Shown here: positions 5,996-13,395 of the stretch, one piece after another
Position numbering within the stretch: the first letter of the stretch is position 1
Layout of the letters: the number at the start of each line of letters is the position of its first letter
DNA from: Candidatus Iainarchaeum sp.
GTDB taxonomy: Archaea; Iainarchaeota; Iainarchaeia; Iainarchaeales; 0-14-0-20-34-12
Assembly: GCA_030649345.1 (NCBI GenBank)
Contig: JAUSKK010000009.1
Coordinates: 1 to 15,894 of the forward strand
Length of the DNA: 15,894 nucleotides
Direction of reading: 5' to 3'
The notes under the pieces: generated by a model
Database searches by the model: none
The model's input: the letters and a program-made list of their open reading frames with translations, nothing else
What the model was told of the DNA's origin: nothing
Translations under genes and position numbers: made by a program

Positions 5996-6850
5996 ATGAC
6001 TGATAAAAAAATTGCGTATCTTGCTGCTGTGCTAGTTGGATTATTCGCTGGTTTTATTCCAATTGGATCTAAACTAGTTATAGCAGACGTTTCGCCTTTG
6101 GTTTTTTCGTTTTTTATCCATTTATTTCAATTGCCATTTTTACTCATCGCCATGTTTTTAACTGGAGAAAAATTATTTCTTCCCACCAGTGCACGTTCAA
6201 AATATTTTTTTGCAGGAATTGTTATTTTGGGTTTGGTGGGTATTGCTCTTGTAAACTTTGGCTACTCCGGCGGCTTAGCTTTAGAGGGTGCATTTCTTTC
6301 TCGTTTGGAGCCATTGTTTGCTGGCTTGTTAGGCTTTTTGCTTTTTCGTGAAGGTTTGCATAGAAATCAATGGCTGGGAATGCTTATGGCATTTATTGGT
6401 TTATTTTTGTTTTTTTCTTCTGGTTTAATGTTTTCTGTGTTTTCAATATTTTTCTTGGCAGCTGCTTTAAGTTGGGGCTTGCAAGATGTTCTTGCAAAAG
6501 AAATTATTCATCAAGCAGGTCCTGGTTTGATGAACTTAGGTCGTGTGCTTTTCGGATCTGCAGTTTTAGGTTTTTTTGTTTTTCCAGAAATTTTGCCAGT
6601 GCTTACAGTTCACTGGATAAGTTTTTTGTTAGTTGGTTTTTTGTATTTTGGTACAAATTATTTGGGATTCTATGCTATGAAAGAACTAACTGCCGCAGAG
6701 GCTGTTTCCTTTTATTTAATGGGTCCAGTAATTTCTCTTCTTTTGTCCGCAGTATGGCTTCATGAACCAATCAGTGGTGCTCAGTTGGCTGGTGGTGCAG
6801 TTATTTTGTTAGGACTCGGTCTAGTCTCAGTTTATGCAATTAAAAAATAA
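5996..6850 (+). CDS. EamA/DMT-superfamily transporter (about 10 TM)
   Basis: 284 aa, hydrophobic throughout, with the two-fold repeat architecture and Gly-rich helices typical of EamA-domain proteins. The internal ORF 6370..6765 in another frame is a shadow. Confidence 0.85.
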   Translation: MTDKKIAYLAAVLVGLFAGFIPIGSKLVIADVSPLVFSFFIHLFQLPFLLIAMFLTGEKLFLPTSARSKYFFAGIVILGLVGIALVNFGYSGGLALEGAFLSRLEPLFAGLLGFLLFREGLHRNQWLGMLMAFIGLFLFFSSGLMFSVFSIFFLAAALSWGLQDVLAKEIIHQAGPGLMNLGRVLFGSAVLGFFVFPEILPVLTVHWISFLLVGFLYFGTNYLGFYAMKELTAAEAVSFYLMGPVISLLLSAVWLHEPISGAQLAGGAVILLGLGLVSVYAIKK

Positions 6851-7032
6851 CTAAAGCTATTCAAGATTTTATTCAAAAAAACAATCATCAGATCACTCCC
6901 ATGGCCTTATTGGCATTAAATGCCTTGCTAGAAGCTCTAAAACAGCAAAGAAAACGTTAAGTACCTATTTAAATTTTAAATGTTTTAATCTTTATTATAT
7001 CATAATTCTATGGGTGAATTGATTTTTTTTAG

Positions 7033-7425
7033 GTGGTGATTTTTTTGGCAGAAACAGAAACTCAAGTAAACACAGCAGAAATTCAGGAAGAAGAAGGAAT
7101 TGTAGATGAACGCGAATTGCCGTTTCCGCGTGCAACTATTGTGAATATGATGCGTCAATACATTGACAAAGGAAAACAAATTAAAGGACCAGTCAAAGAT
7201 GAAATGAATATTTGGTTAGGGAAATTGGTTGAAAAATTAGCCAAAAAAATGAATGCACATCCTTATACTTATGTAGATTTAGCCATGTTCAATGAAGCCA
7301 TTAAAACCTATGAACAATTAGAAGAAGTTGAAATGGAACGCGAACGAATTATTAAGTACATGGAAAAAATCAAAGCAGATTTAGACATGCTGGAAAGAGA
7401 AGTAGACAAAAAATTCAAAGTATAA
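7033..7425 (+). CDS. histone-fold protein with acidic N-terminal segment and C-terminal coiled-coil extension
   Basis: The core ELPFPRATIVNMMRQYIDKGKQIKGPVKDEMNIWLGKLVEKLAKKMNAHPYTYVDLAMFNEAIKTY aligns by eye to the helix-loop-helix-loop-helix of HMfB-type archaeal histones (ELPIAPIGRII...). A heptad-like tail follows (EQLEEVEMERERIIKYMEKIKADLDMLEREVDKK). There is no ATG before the fold, so the start is GTG 7033/7036 or TTG 7045. The latter sits 5 nt after AGGTGGTGA (7031-7039). Confidence 0.6.
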   Translation: MVIFLAETETQVNTAEIQEEEGIVDERELPFPRATIVNMMRQYIDKGKQIKGPVKDEMNIWLGKLVEKLAKKMNAHPYTYVDLAMFNEAIKTYEQLEEVEMERERIIKYMEKIKADLDMLEREVDKKFKV

Positions 7426-7428
7426 TTC

Positions 7429-7461
7429 GGAGAATTTTTTCTCCCTATTTTTTATTTTTTT
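7429..7461. terminator. hairpin plus oligo-T tracts between convergent genes
   Basis: GGAGAA(7429-7434)/TTCTCC(7439-7444) with loop TTTT, followed by T6 and T7 runs. It lies between the histone-fold stop (7425) and the stop of the minus-strand 356-aa gene (7469). Confidence 0.45.
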
Positions 7462-7468
7462 ATTTTAA

Positions 7469-8539
7469 TTATTTTTTTCTTCGAATTCTGTAAGCAAATG
7501 TTTTAGGTGCATTGGCTAAAACTCTTAATGTTTCCATTAAGCCGCGTATGCTTAATTCTTTTTCTGTGTCTGCTAACACTTCTGTTGGATGTTGTTCTAA
7601 TTTTTTTATTTCCATTTCTAAAAATCCAATGGCCTTGTTTAAATGTGTTTGAATGACTCTGGGATTTCGCTGATTTTGTGCAGCTCGCATAGCTAACTCG
7701 ACACACATAGCTGCTGCAGTTGGATAATTTTTTCTTGTTCTAGCTTTTCCCAATTCTTTTACTAAAACATAGGTTGGTTCTTTGGGAACTGCAATTAATT
7801 TTAAAATATGCTGCATGGCTGAAGCAATTCTTCCTTGTTGAACTGCACTGTGTTCTCTTAGTGTACGCAAAACTTTTACTCCACCTCTAGTTTTTAACAT
7901 TTTTTGCGCAATTTCTTTTCGTCTTTCTTTTCCTAATTTTTTTCGTCTTTTTTTTGCAATACTGGCTCTTTTTTTTGCACCCAATTTTGCTTGTCGGTCT
8001 TTGGCTAATTTTTGCATTAATTCTCTGTTTCCTTTTTCTTTAATCCATGTACTAAATCGTGCACTGGCGGGTTTCATATGCTTTATTCGTTCTGCCACTG
8101 CAACTTTTGACCAGTGTGTCCGTTGTGCTTGCCGCAAAGTTTCCCGGTCTCTTGTCATGCTGGCTCTGCGTTCTTCTGGAGTTGTTTGAGCCATCCAAGT
8201 TTGTTTAGCTCTTCTAGCACTTTCTCTTCTTTTTTCTACAGGAATGTGTTCAACGCTTTCTTTTCTCATTCTGGTTCTTTCTTCTGAAGAAAATCTACTC
8301 CAATAAGCTGTTTTTACTTTTTGTCTACGTTCATAGTCTGCCAGTTGTTTTCGTACTTGTTCTTCTGTTTCCATTCCTGCAAATCGATCAAATAACTTTC
8401 GAATCATGTGCGGCGGTGTTTGCGGCTCAACCTTTCTAGCTTTTTGCACTGCATATGTTTTTGAAACTCCTGTGTGTGCATCAAATGCTAAATTATGAAC
8501 TGCTCGCAAAGGCAAAGGCTTGTAGGGTTTTTTAGGCAT
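7469..8539 (-). CDS. very basic Arg/Lys-rich protein with internal W-x(5-7)-E-E-R repeats, unknown function (nucleic-acid binding suspected)
   Basis: 356-aa ORF. Four repeat units contain W80, W115, W143 and W165 (AYWSRFSSEERTRMRK / QTWMAQTTPEERRASMTR / THWSKVAVAERIKHMK / STWIKEKGNRELMQK). A poly-basic stretch follows (AKKRASIAKKRRKKLGKERRK), then a helical C-terminal domain. GAGG lies about 10 nt upstream of the ATG. The gene starts 28 nt downstream of the kinase gene on the same strand. Confidence 0.7.
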   Translation of the reverse strand: MPKKPYKPLPLRAVHNLAFDAHTGVSKTYAVQKARKVEPQTPPHMIRKLFDRFAGMETEEQVRKQLADYERRQKVKTAYWSRFSSEERTRMRKESVEHIPVEKRRESARRAKQTWMAQTTPEERRASMTRDRETLRQAQRTHWSKVAVAERIKHMKPASARFSTWIKEKGNRELMQKLAKDRQAKLGAKKRASIAKKRRKKLGKERRKEIAQKMLKTRGGVKVLRTLREHSAVQQGRIASAMQHILKLIAVPKEPTYVLVKELGKARTRKNYPTAAAMCVELAMRAAQNQRNPRVIQTHLNKAIGFLEMEIKKLEQHPTEVLADTEKELSIRGLMETLRVLANAPKTFAYRIRRKK

Positions 8540-8567
8540 TTAGTTTTCCTCAAGTTCTTTTATTTTT

Positions 8568-9179
8568 TTAATACCAATCGTCTCCTAGTTCTTTTATTTT
8601 TTTTGCAATAGCTCCTTTAGGATTCTGAAATAAGAATGCTTTGAGTTGATTTAAATTATGCGTTTTTCGCTTGGTGCTGGCTTTTTCAAAATCAATGATG
8701 ATTGGAGCAAATTTTTTTCCTTTTTTTTGCACAATAATATTTCTTGCTTTTCCACCCAATTGCCCGTGATCTAATTTAAGTGTATCCAATGCTTGTGCTT
8801 GCTTTAATAATTTTTCAACTACTTCTTGTATTTCTTTTTTGGAATGTTTTTCATCCAATATCCAAACATCAAAAGTAACTCCAGAAATATATTCCATTTG
8901 AATTATTTTTTTCTCTAAATCTAAACCAATAACTTTGGGCCCAATTCCAATTGTGTTGGCTAGTTTTAAGTTTTCAAATTCCCGTAAGCACATTTGATTT
9001 CTAGGACTGTCTGAACGTTCAACTTTCAAAACAATTTCTTGATTTTTTTTGTTTTTAACTAAATAAATCCAAGAACTCCAGCCTTTAGCTAAAGGCTTGA
9101 CTAAAGTTAAGTTTTTTTCCTGTAAAAACACAATTAATTGAAATGGCAAGAATTCAGTGCTTTGGTTCAATTTTCCCAT
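8568..9179 (-). CDS. small atypical protein kinase-fold protein (RIO/Bud32-like)
   Basis: 203 aa. It has a Gly-loop-like LAKGWSSWIYLV, then VLKVER (VAIK-like Lys), IQMEYISG (hinge), LDHGQLGGKARNIIV (catalytic-loop-like) and IIDFEKAS (DFG-like). GGAG lies 8 nt upstream of the ATG. Confidence 0.6.
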   Translation of the reverse strand: MGKLNQSTEFLPFQLIVFLQEKNLTLVKPLAKGWSSWIYLVKNKKNQEIVLKVERSDSPRNQMCLREFENLKLANTIGIGPKVIGLDLEKKIIQMEYISGVTFDVWILDEKHSKKEIQEVVEKLLKQAQALDTLKLDHGQLGGKARNIIVQKKGKKFAPIIIDFEKASTKRKTHNLNQLKAFLFQNPKGAIAKKIKELGDDWY

Positions 9180-9249
9180 TATTTTACTCCTAAAATTACC
9201 TTTTTAAATGTTTTATTAAACATAGTAGTAATATAGAAGTCTTTTTTTC

Positions 9250-9272
9250 AGGGATTTACTAAACAAATCCTT
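9250..9272. promoter_or_regulatory. inverted repeat upstream of the thermosome gene (candidate operator)
   Basis: GGATTT(9252-9257)-N7-AAATCC(9265-9270) lies in the divergent intergenic region, about 40-60 nt upstream of the thermosome start. No known consensus recognised. Confidence 0.25.
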
Positions 9273-9311
9273 GTATTACGATTTAATGCATAATTTTGGA
9301 GGATGAAACAA

Positions 9312-10964
9312 ATGGCAGAAGCAGGACCACAGCAAAGAGAAATGGTATTTTTACCAGAAGGAGCAAAACGAACACGAGGACGAAATGCTCAACAAATTAA
9401 TATTTTAGTTGCACGCGCAGTAGCTGAAGCAGTACGCTCAACATTGGGCCCTAAAGGAATGGACAAAATGATTGTCGATGAACTCGGAGATATTATCATC
9501 AGCAATGACGGAGCAACCATTTTAGACAATATTAGTATTGATCACCCCATTGGAAAAATGATGGTGGAAGTTGCTAAAACTCAAGACAGCGAAGTCGGAG
9601 ACGGTACAACTACTGTAGTTGTTTTAGCCGGTGGATTATTAGAAAAAGCCGAAAAATTATTGGAAGACGAAATTCATCCCAGTGTAATCATTAAAGGATA
9701 CAGAATGGCTTCTCATAAAGCAGTTGAAGTCTTGAATGAAATTGCAGATCCTATTGACATTGAAAACAAAACCATTCTCAGAGAAATTGCTTTAACCACT
9801 ATGACTGGAAAAAGTGCAGAATCTGAAAAAAGTTTATCCGATATTGTAGTAGATGCTGTTTTGCAAGTTGCTGAAAAACAAGGCAAAGAAACAATTGTGG
9901 ACAAAGATCAAATTAAAATCGAAAAAAAAGACGGCGGACATGTATCTGAATCTGAATTGATTCGCGGAATTGTTGTAGATAAAGAAATTGTTCATTCCGG
10001 AATGCCTAAATTGGTTAACAATGCACGGATTGCTTTAATCGATGTTGCTTTAGAAGTTAAAGAAACAGAGACTGACGCAGAAATTTCTATTTCTGATCCA
10101 GAACAATTGCAGGCATTTATTGACAAAGAAGAAAGCATGCTGAAAGAAATGGTGGATAGAATTGCGAAAACCAAAGCCAATGTAGTCATGTGCCAAAAAG
10201 GAATAGATGACATTGCCCAGCATTTTTTAGCCAAAGCAGGAATTGCTGCATGCCGTAGAGTCAAGAAATCGGATATGGAAAAATTATCCAAAGCTACTGG
10301 TGGAAAATTAATTTCTCGGTTAGCAGACATTTCTGAAGAAGACTTAGGTCATGCAAAAATTGTTCAAGAAAAGAAAATTGGCGGAGAGGCCATGACTTTT
10401 ATTGAAGGCTGTAAGAATCCAAAGTCTGTAACTATTTTAGTTCGCGGCGGAACAAGCCATGTAGTAGCTGAAGTTGAACGCGCTGTAGTCGACGCCGTTG
10501 GAAGTGTCAGTACTGCATTAAAAGATGGAAAAATTGTCTCCGGCGGAGGAAGTACGGAAATGCAATTATCCATGCGTTTACGAGACTATGCTAAAACAGT
10601 TGGCGGCCGAGAACAATTAGCCATTGAATGTTTTGCAGAAGCTTTAGAAATTATTCCCAAAGCTTTAGCTGAAACAGCCGGAATGGATGCCATTGACACT
10701 TTAGTTGATTTAAGATCCAAACATTCTGTTAAGAAAGGCAAAAATATTGGAGTCAATGTATTCAAAGCCAAACTTGTAGATATGTTGGCTGAAAAAGTCA
10801 TTGAACCCATGCGAGTCAAAAGACAAGCTATTGTTTCCGCAACCGAAGTAGCTGAAATGATTCTCAGAATTGACGACATTATCGCAGGCTCCAGCAAAAA
10901 CAGAGGAATGCCACCCGGTGGAATGGGTGGAATGCCTGGCGGAATGGGCGACATGGATATGTAA
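9312..10964 (+). CDS. ths: thermosome subunit (group II chaperonin, Cpn60/TCP-1 family)
   Basis: [26 protein letters not shown] and [11 protein letters not shown](A)E motifs, [12 protein letters not shown], and a C-terminal GGM-type tail ([19 protein letters not shown]). I prefer ATG 9312 because GGAGG (9298-9302) lies 9 nt upstream. The in-frame ATG 9303 directly abuts that GGAGG and is the alternative. Confidence 0.95.
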   Translation: MAEAGPQQREMVFLPEGAKRTRGRNAQQINILVARAVAEAVRSTLGPKGMDKMIVDELGDIIISNDGATILDNISIDHPIGKMMVEVAKTQDSEVGDGTTTVVVLAGGLLEKAEKLLEDEIHPSVIIKGYRMASHKAVEVLNEIADPIDIENKTILREIALTTMTGKSAESEKSLSDIVVDAVLQVAEKQGKETIVDKDQIKIEKKDGGHVSESELIRGIVVDKEIVHSGMPKLVNNARIALIDVALEVKETETDAEISISDPEQLQAFIDKEESMLKEMVDRIAKTKANVVMCQKGIDDIAQHFLAKAGIAACRRVKKSDMEKLSKATGGKLISRLADISEEDLGHAKIVQEKKIGGEAMTFIEGCKNPKSVTILVRGGTSHVVAEVERAVVDAVGSVSTALKDGKIVSGGGSTEMQLSMRLRDYAKTVGGREQLAIECFAEALEIIPKALAETAGMDAIDTLVDLRSKHSVKKGKNIGVNVFKAKLVDMLAEKVIEPMRVKRQAIVSATEVAEMILRIDDIIAGSSKNRGMPPGGMGGMPGGMGDMDM

Positions 10965-11037
10965 CAACCGGGGTGCCGGTTGGTAGCACGTGGTACTTTC
11001 GCTAACGCTACAGTACCACTGTCTTTTCTTTTTTTTC
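10965..11037 (+). repeat. double-hairpin element, copy 2, directly after the thermosome stop, followed by a T-rich tract
   Basis: Hairpin 1 is CAACCGG(10965-10971)/CCGGTTG(10976-10982) with loop GGTG. The linker GTAGCAC contains CACGTG. Hairpin 2 is GTGGTACT(10990-10997)/AGTACCAC(11012-11019) with loop TTCGCTAACGCTAC. A T-rich tract follows (tgtcttttcttttttttc). It starts 1 nt after TAA 10962-10964. Confidence 0.6.
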
Positions 11038-11087
11038 TCTTTTCTTTTTTCCGATTTATTTTTATTTAACTTATTCTATTTTTTTAT

Positions 11088-11594
11088 ATGCAGGCACACA
11101 GAAAAATTTCTCGTACACCTAGATTGAATATTGGCCAGTATTGGAAAAATTACAAGCGCGCTGCTCGTGATCCTCGCATTTCAACTGTTCAAGCTCAGCG
11201 CGGATTGTTTGCGCGTGTCTTTAAACCACGGGTTTCTCCAAGCACTCGATTTATTTTAACCCTTATTGAAAACGAGCTTGCGCAAGGAATGACTTCAGAA
11301 TCTTTTCAGCGAGCGCATGTACATGCTTTGTCTGAATTGGAACTAGTTGGTGTTCCAAAACAAAATTGTCTTCCTGAACTAAAACAAAGGTATGATCAAT
11401 TATACAACGAACTTCAATCTCTGGCAGCTTTATCTATGGACGTTAAATTAAAGCAAGCAGACTTAATGCGCAAAGGAATAGTAACTCCAAGTGAACTTTT
11501 GTTGTACAATAAATTCAGTCATGCATTCCATAATGAAGCGCATCGAAGAATATTGTTTTTATCTGAACTCATTCACTCTGTTCGTTCCAGTTAA
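11088..11594 (+). CDS. Arg-rich helical protein, paralog 1 of a tandem triplet, unknown function
   Basis: 168 aa. It shares with the next two ORFs a basic N-terminus (TPRLNIGQ), a central block (FILTLIENELAQGMTSES) and a C-terminal block (LMRKGIVTPSELLLYNKFSHAFHNE). The box TTTTTATTTAAC (11059-11070) ends 17 nt before the ATG. Confidence 0.7.
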   Translation: MQAHRKISRTPRLNIGQYWKNYKRAARDPRISTVQAQRGLFARVFKPRVSPSTRFILTLIENELAQGMTSESFQRAHVHALSELELVGVPKQNCLPELKQRYDQLYNELQSLAALSMDVKLKQADLMRKGIVTPSELLLYNKFSHAFHNEAHRRILFLSELIHSVRSS

Positions 11595-11643
11595 CTGAAA
11601 AGATACTGTACTGTTTTTATTTTCTTTAATTCTTTAATTTTAT

Positions 11644-12183
11644 ATGTTGTACAAACGTCCTCCGCTCAAAAGACCAAAATATAGGCCAAGATTAAGTATT
11701 CGTAAACCCATGCGGGAATTTACGCATTTGCTGAAAGGAACTCCTAGAGAACAACATGAAAGAGTGCGTACTCGTTTTTTTTCAGAATTTTTTAGATCCC
11801 AAACTTTTGCAGCTGGACGCTTATTATTTAATTTAATGGAGCAAGAAATTGCTAAAGGAATTTCTGAAACTTCTTCGGGGCAAATTCTTGGGCGTGCCAG
11901 AACTATCTTGAAAATTGCACGCACAAAATTAAAAGGAAAAAAAGTTTCCTCTCTTGCTGCTGAAGAAAGCTTGAAAGTAATGGTTCGAGAATTAGACCGT
12001 GATTTTGAACGATTAAGTAGATTCGGTACAAGCATGCGGTTTCGTGAAAGTGACATGTTAACTCAAGGAGTTATTGGAGTTAATGAAATGACTCCCTACA
12101 ATGAATTTATTCATGCATTCAAAGGAGAACTGGGCCTTCGAAGAACTTTGCTGGTGATTCTTAAACGAGAATTAGCTAAATGA
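11644..12183 (+). CDS. Arg-rich helical protein, paralog 2 of a tandem triplet, unknown function
   Basis: 179 aa with RPRLSIRK, LLFNLMEQEIAKGISETS and MLTQGVIGVNEMTPYNEFIHAFKGE blocks collinear with paralogs 1 and 3. The box TTTTTATTTTCT (11614-11625) ends 18 nt before the ATG. The antisense 138-aa ORF 11640..12056 is rejected because the + frame has paralog support. Confidence 0.7.
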   Translation: MLYKRPPLKRPKYRPRLSIRKPMREFTHLLKGTPREQHERVRTRFFSEFFRSQTFAAGRLLFNLMEQEIAKGISETSSGQILGRARTILKIARTKLKGKKVSSLAAEESLKVMVRELDRDFERLSRFGTSMRFRESDMLTQGVIGVNEMTPYNEFIHAFKGELGLRRTLLVILKRELAK

Positions 12184-12225
12184 TATTTTGCATACTTTTT
12201 TATTTTCTAAAATTACTATATCTCT

Positions 12226-12747
12226 ATGAAAAAACCAATTCCATTCAAACCAGTCCGAAAAGTTGGCTTGAATGTTGAACGAACTTGGCAAAAATATTCT
12301 GCCATGCGACGAGTTTATGGTGAAAATACTCGAACATTTCGTCCGCATAGATTGGCTTTGTTTAATAGCTTAGTTCGAAAACAAATTCCTTTAGATCTCA
12401 AAATTTTATTTGACGCAGTCAGTATTGAATTTGAAAAGTCACCGCGTTTAGCTAATCCCAGAGAAGCAGTCAACAGAGTTCAACGTTTTCTGCGAAGCCA
12501 TGGTGCATCGCCTGAAGAAACACCAGTCCGTTTGCGTTCTATGATTAAAGACATGCAAGGACTTTTAGATCGCTTAACTGCATTCGAGACACAGGCAAGA
12601 GTTCAACAAAAACGTTTGATGGCCAAAGGGCGAATTCAATTCACTGATTTTAAAGCCTATTCTGCGTTTGTTGCTGAATTAAAAGACCAAGTAGAAACCC
12701 GAAAACGGTTTATGGACTTATTGGCTCGAGAGTTAGGAACTGATTAG
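12226..12747 (+). CDS. Arg-rich helical protein, paralog 3 of a tandem triplet, unknown function
   Basis: 173 aa with KPVRKVGLNV, ILFDAVSIEFEKSPRLAN and LMAKGRIQFTDFKAYSAFVAELKDQ blocks collinear with paralogs 1 and 2. The box TTTTTATTTTCT (12197-12208) ends 17 nt before the ATG. Confidence 0.7.
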   Translation: MKKPIPFKPVRKVGLNVERTWQKYSAMRRVYGENTRTFRPHRLALFNSLVRKQIPLDLKILFDAVSIEFEKSPRLANPREAVNRVQRFLRSHGASPEETPVRLRSMIKDMQGLLDRLTAFETQARVQQKRLMAKGRIQFTDFKAYSAFVAELKDQVETRKRFMDLLARELGTD

Positions 12748-12761
12748 GCTGCGAGAAAATT

Positions 12762-13352
12762 ATGGCTGCAAAAAAAGTTGAATTGATTTTAGGTTTCACT
12801 GGTTTAACGCGCAGCGGAAAAGATACTGCTGCAGATTTTGTTGCTCAAAAATTTGGCTTTGCTAAAATTGACAACAACAAAGACATTCTTTGGCCTGAAT
12901 TACTGAAACGCAAACGAAAAATCACAAAAATGAATTCAGTAAAATTAGGCGATGAACTTCGAGCCCAATATGGAATGGATATTATTGCCCAAAAAACTGT
13001 GAAACTTATTCAAAAACGGAAATGGCCTAAAGTAATCATTTCAGGCATTCGTTCCAGTGAAGACATTCCTTTATTCAAGAAACTAGCCAAGCGTTTTTAC
13101 CTGATTCGAATCCATGCTTCTCTGAAAATTAGAGTAAAGCGAATGAAACAAGTGCGAATTAAAGGAGAAACTTTGAGTTCAAGAAAAGAATTACTGCAAA
13201 AAGACCAAATTGACCTGCAAAAAAAAGGCTTGCGTAAAACCCTTGCTTTAGCAGACTATTCGATTCAAAATACCGGCTCTTTAGCTGACTTAAAACAAAA
13301 TTTGGTCCAATTGGTTCAAAAACTGGAAACAAATACCTTTAAAAAGAAATAA
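12762..13352 (+). CDS. P-loop nucleotide kinase-like protein (dephospho-CoA kinase / UPF0200-like)
   Basis: N-terminal Walker A-like GFTGLTRSGKDT, as in CoaE-type GxTGxxxSGK(S/T). VIISGIRSSEDIPLF resembles the (I/V)DGIRSxEE motif of archaeal UPF0200 kinases. It starts only 14 nt after paralog 3. Confidence 0.6.
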   Translation: MAAKKVELILGFTGLTRSGKDTAADFVAQKFGFAKIDNNKDILWPELLKRKRKITKMNSVKLGDELRAQYGMDIIAQKTVKLIQKRKWPKVIISGIRSSEDIPLFKKLAKRFYLIRIHASLKIRVKRMKQVRIKGETLSSRKELLQKDQIDLQKKGLRKTLALADYSIQNTGSLADLKQNLVQLVQKLETNTFKKK

Positions 13353-13395
13353 TCCGTATCTCTATAATAAATTTTTACCTTGAGGTGGTAGACAA

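Noticed and set aside
6370-6765. 131-aa + ORF in another frame inside the EamA transporter gene
   Set aside because: This Cys/Phe/Arg-rich frame lies within a continuous, well-supported transporter ORF and is treated as a shadow.
6901-6960. 19-codon ORF (MALLALNALLEALKQQRKR) in the intergenic region upstream of the histone-fold gene
   Set aside because: It is too short, has no ribosome-binding site or properly spaced A/T box, and could not be judged for conservation.
7503-8189. ORFs 7503..7706 (-) and 8001..8189 (+) inside the 356-aa basic protein gene
   Set aside because: They are alternative-frame or antisense shadows. The long frame has internal repeat structure and a ribosome-binding site.
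9713-10967. Five minus-strand ORFs (63-122 aa) across the thermosome gene
   Set aside because: They are antisense to an unambiguous group II chaperonin. Their Ser/Ala/Ile-rich translations are typical shadows.
11640-12056. 138-aa minus-strand ORF overlapping triplet paralog 2
   Set aside because: The + frame is collinear with the paralogs on either side, with three conserved blocks and the same promoter box spacing. The minus frame has no such support.
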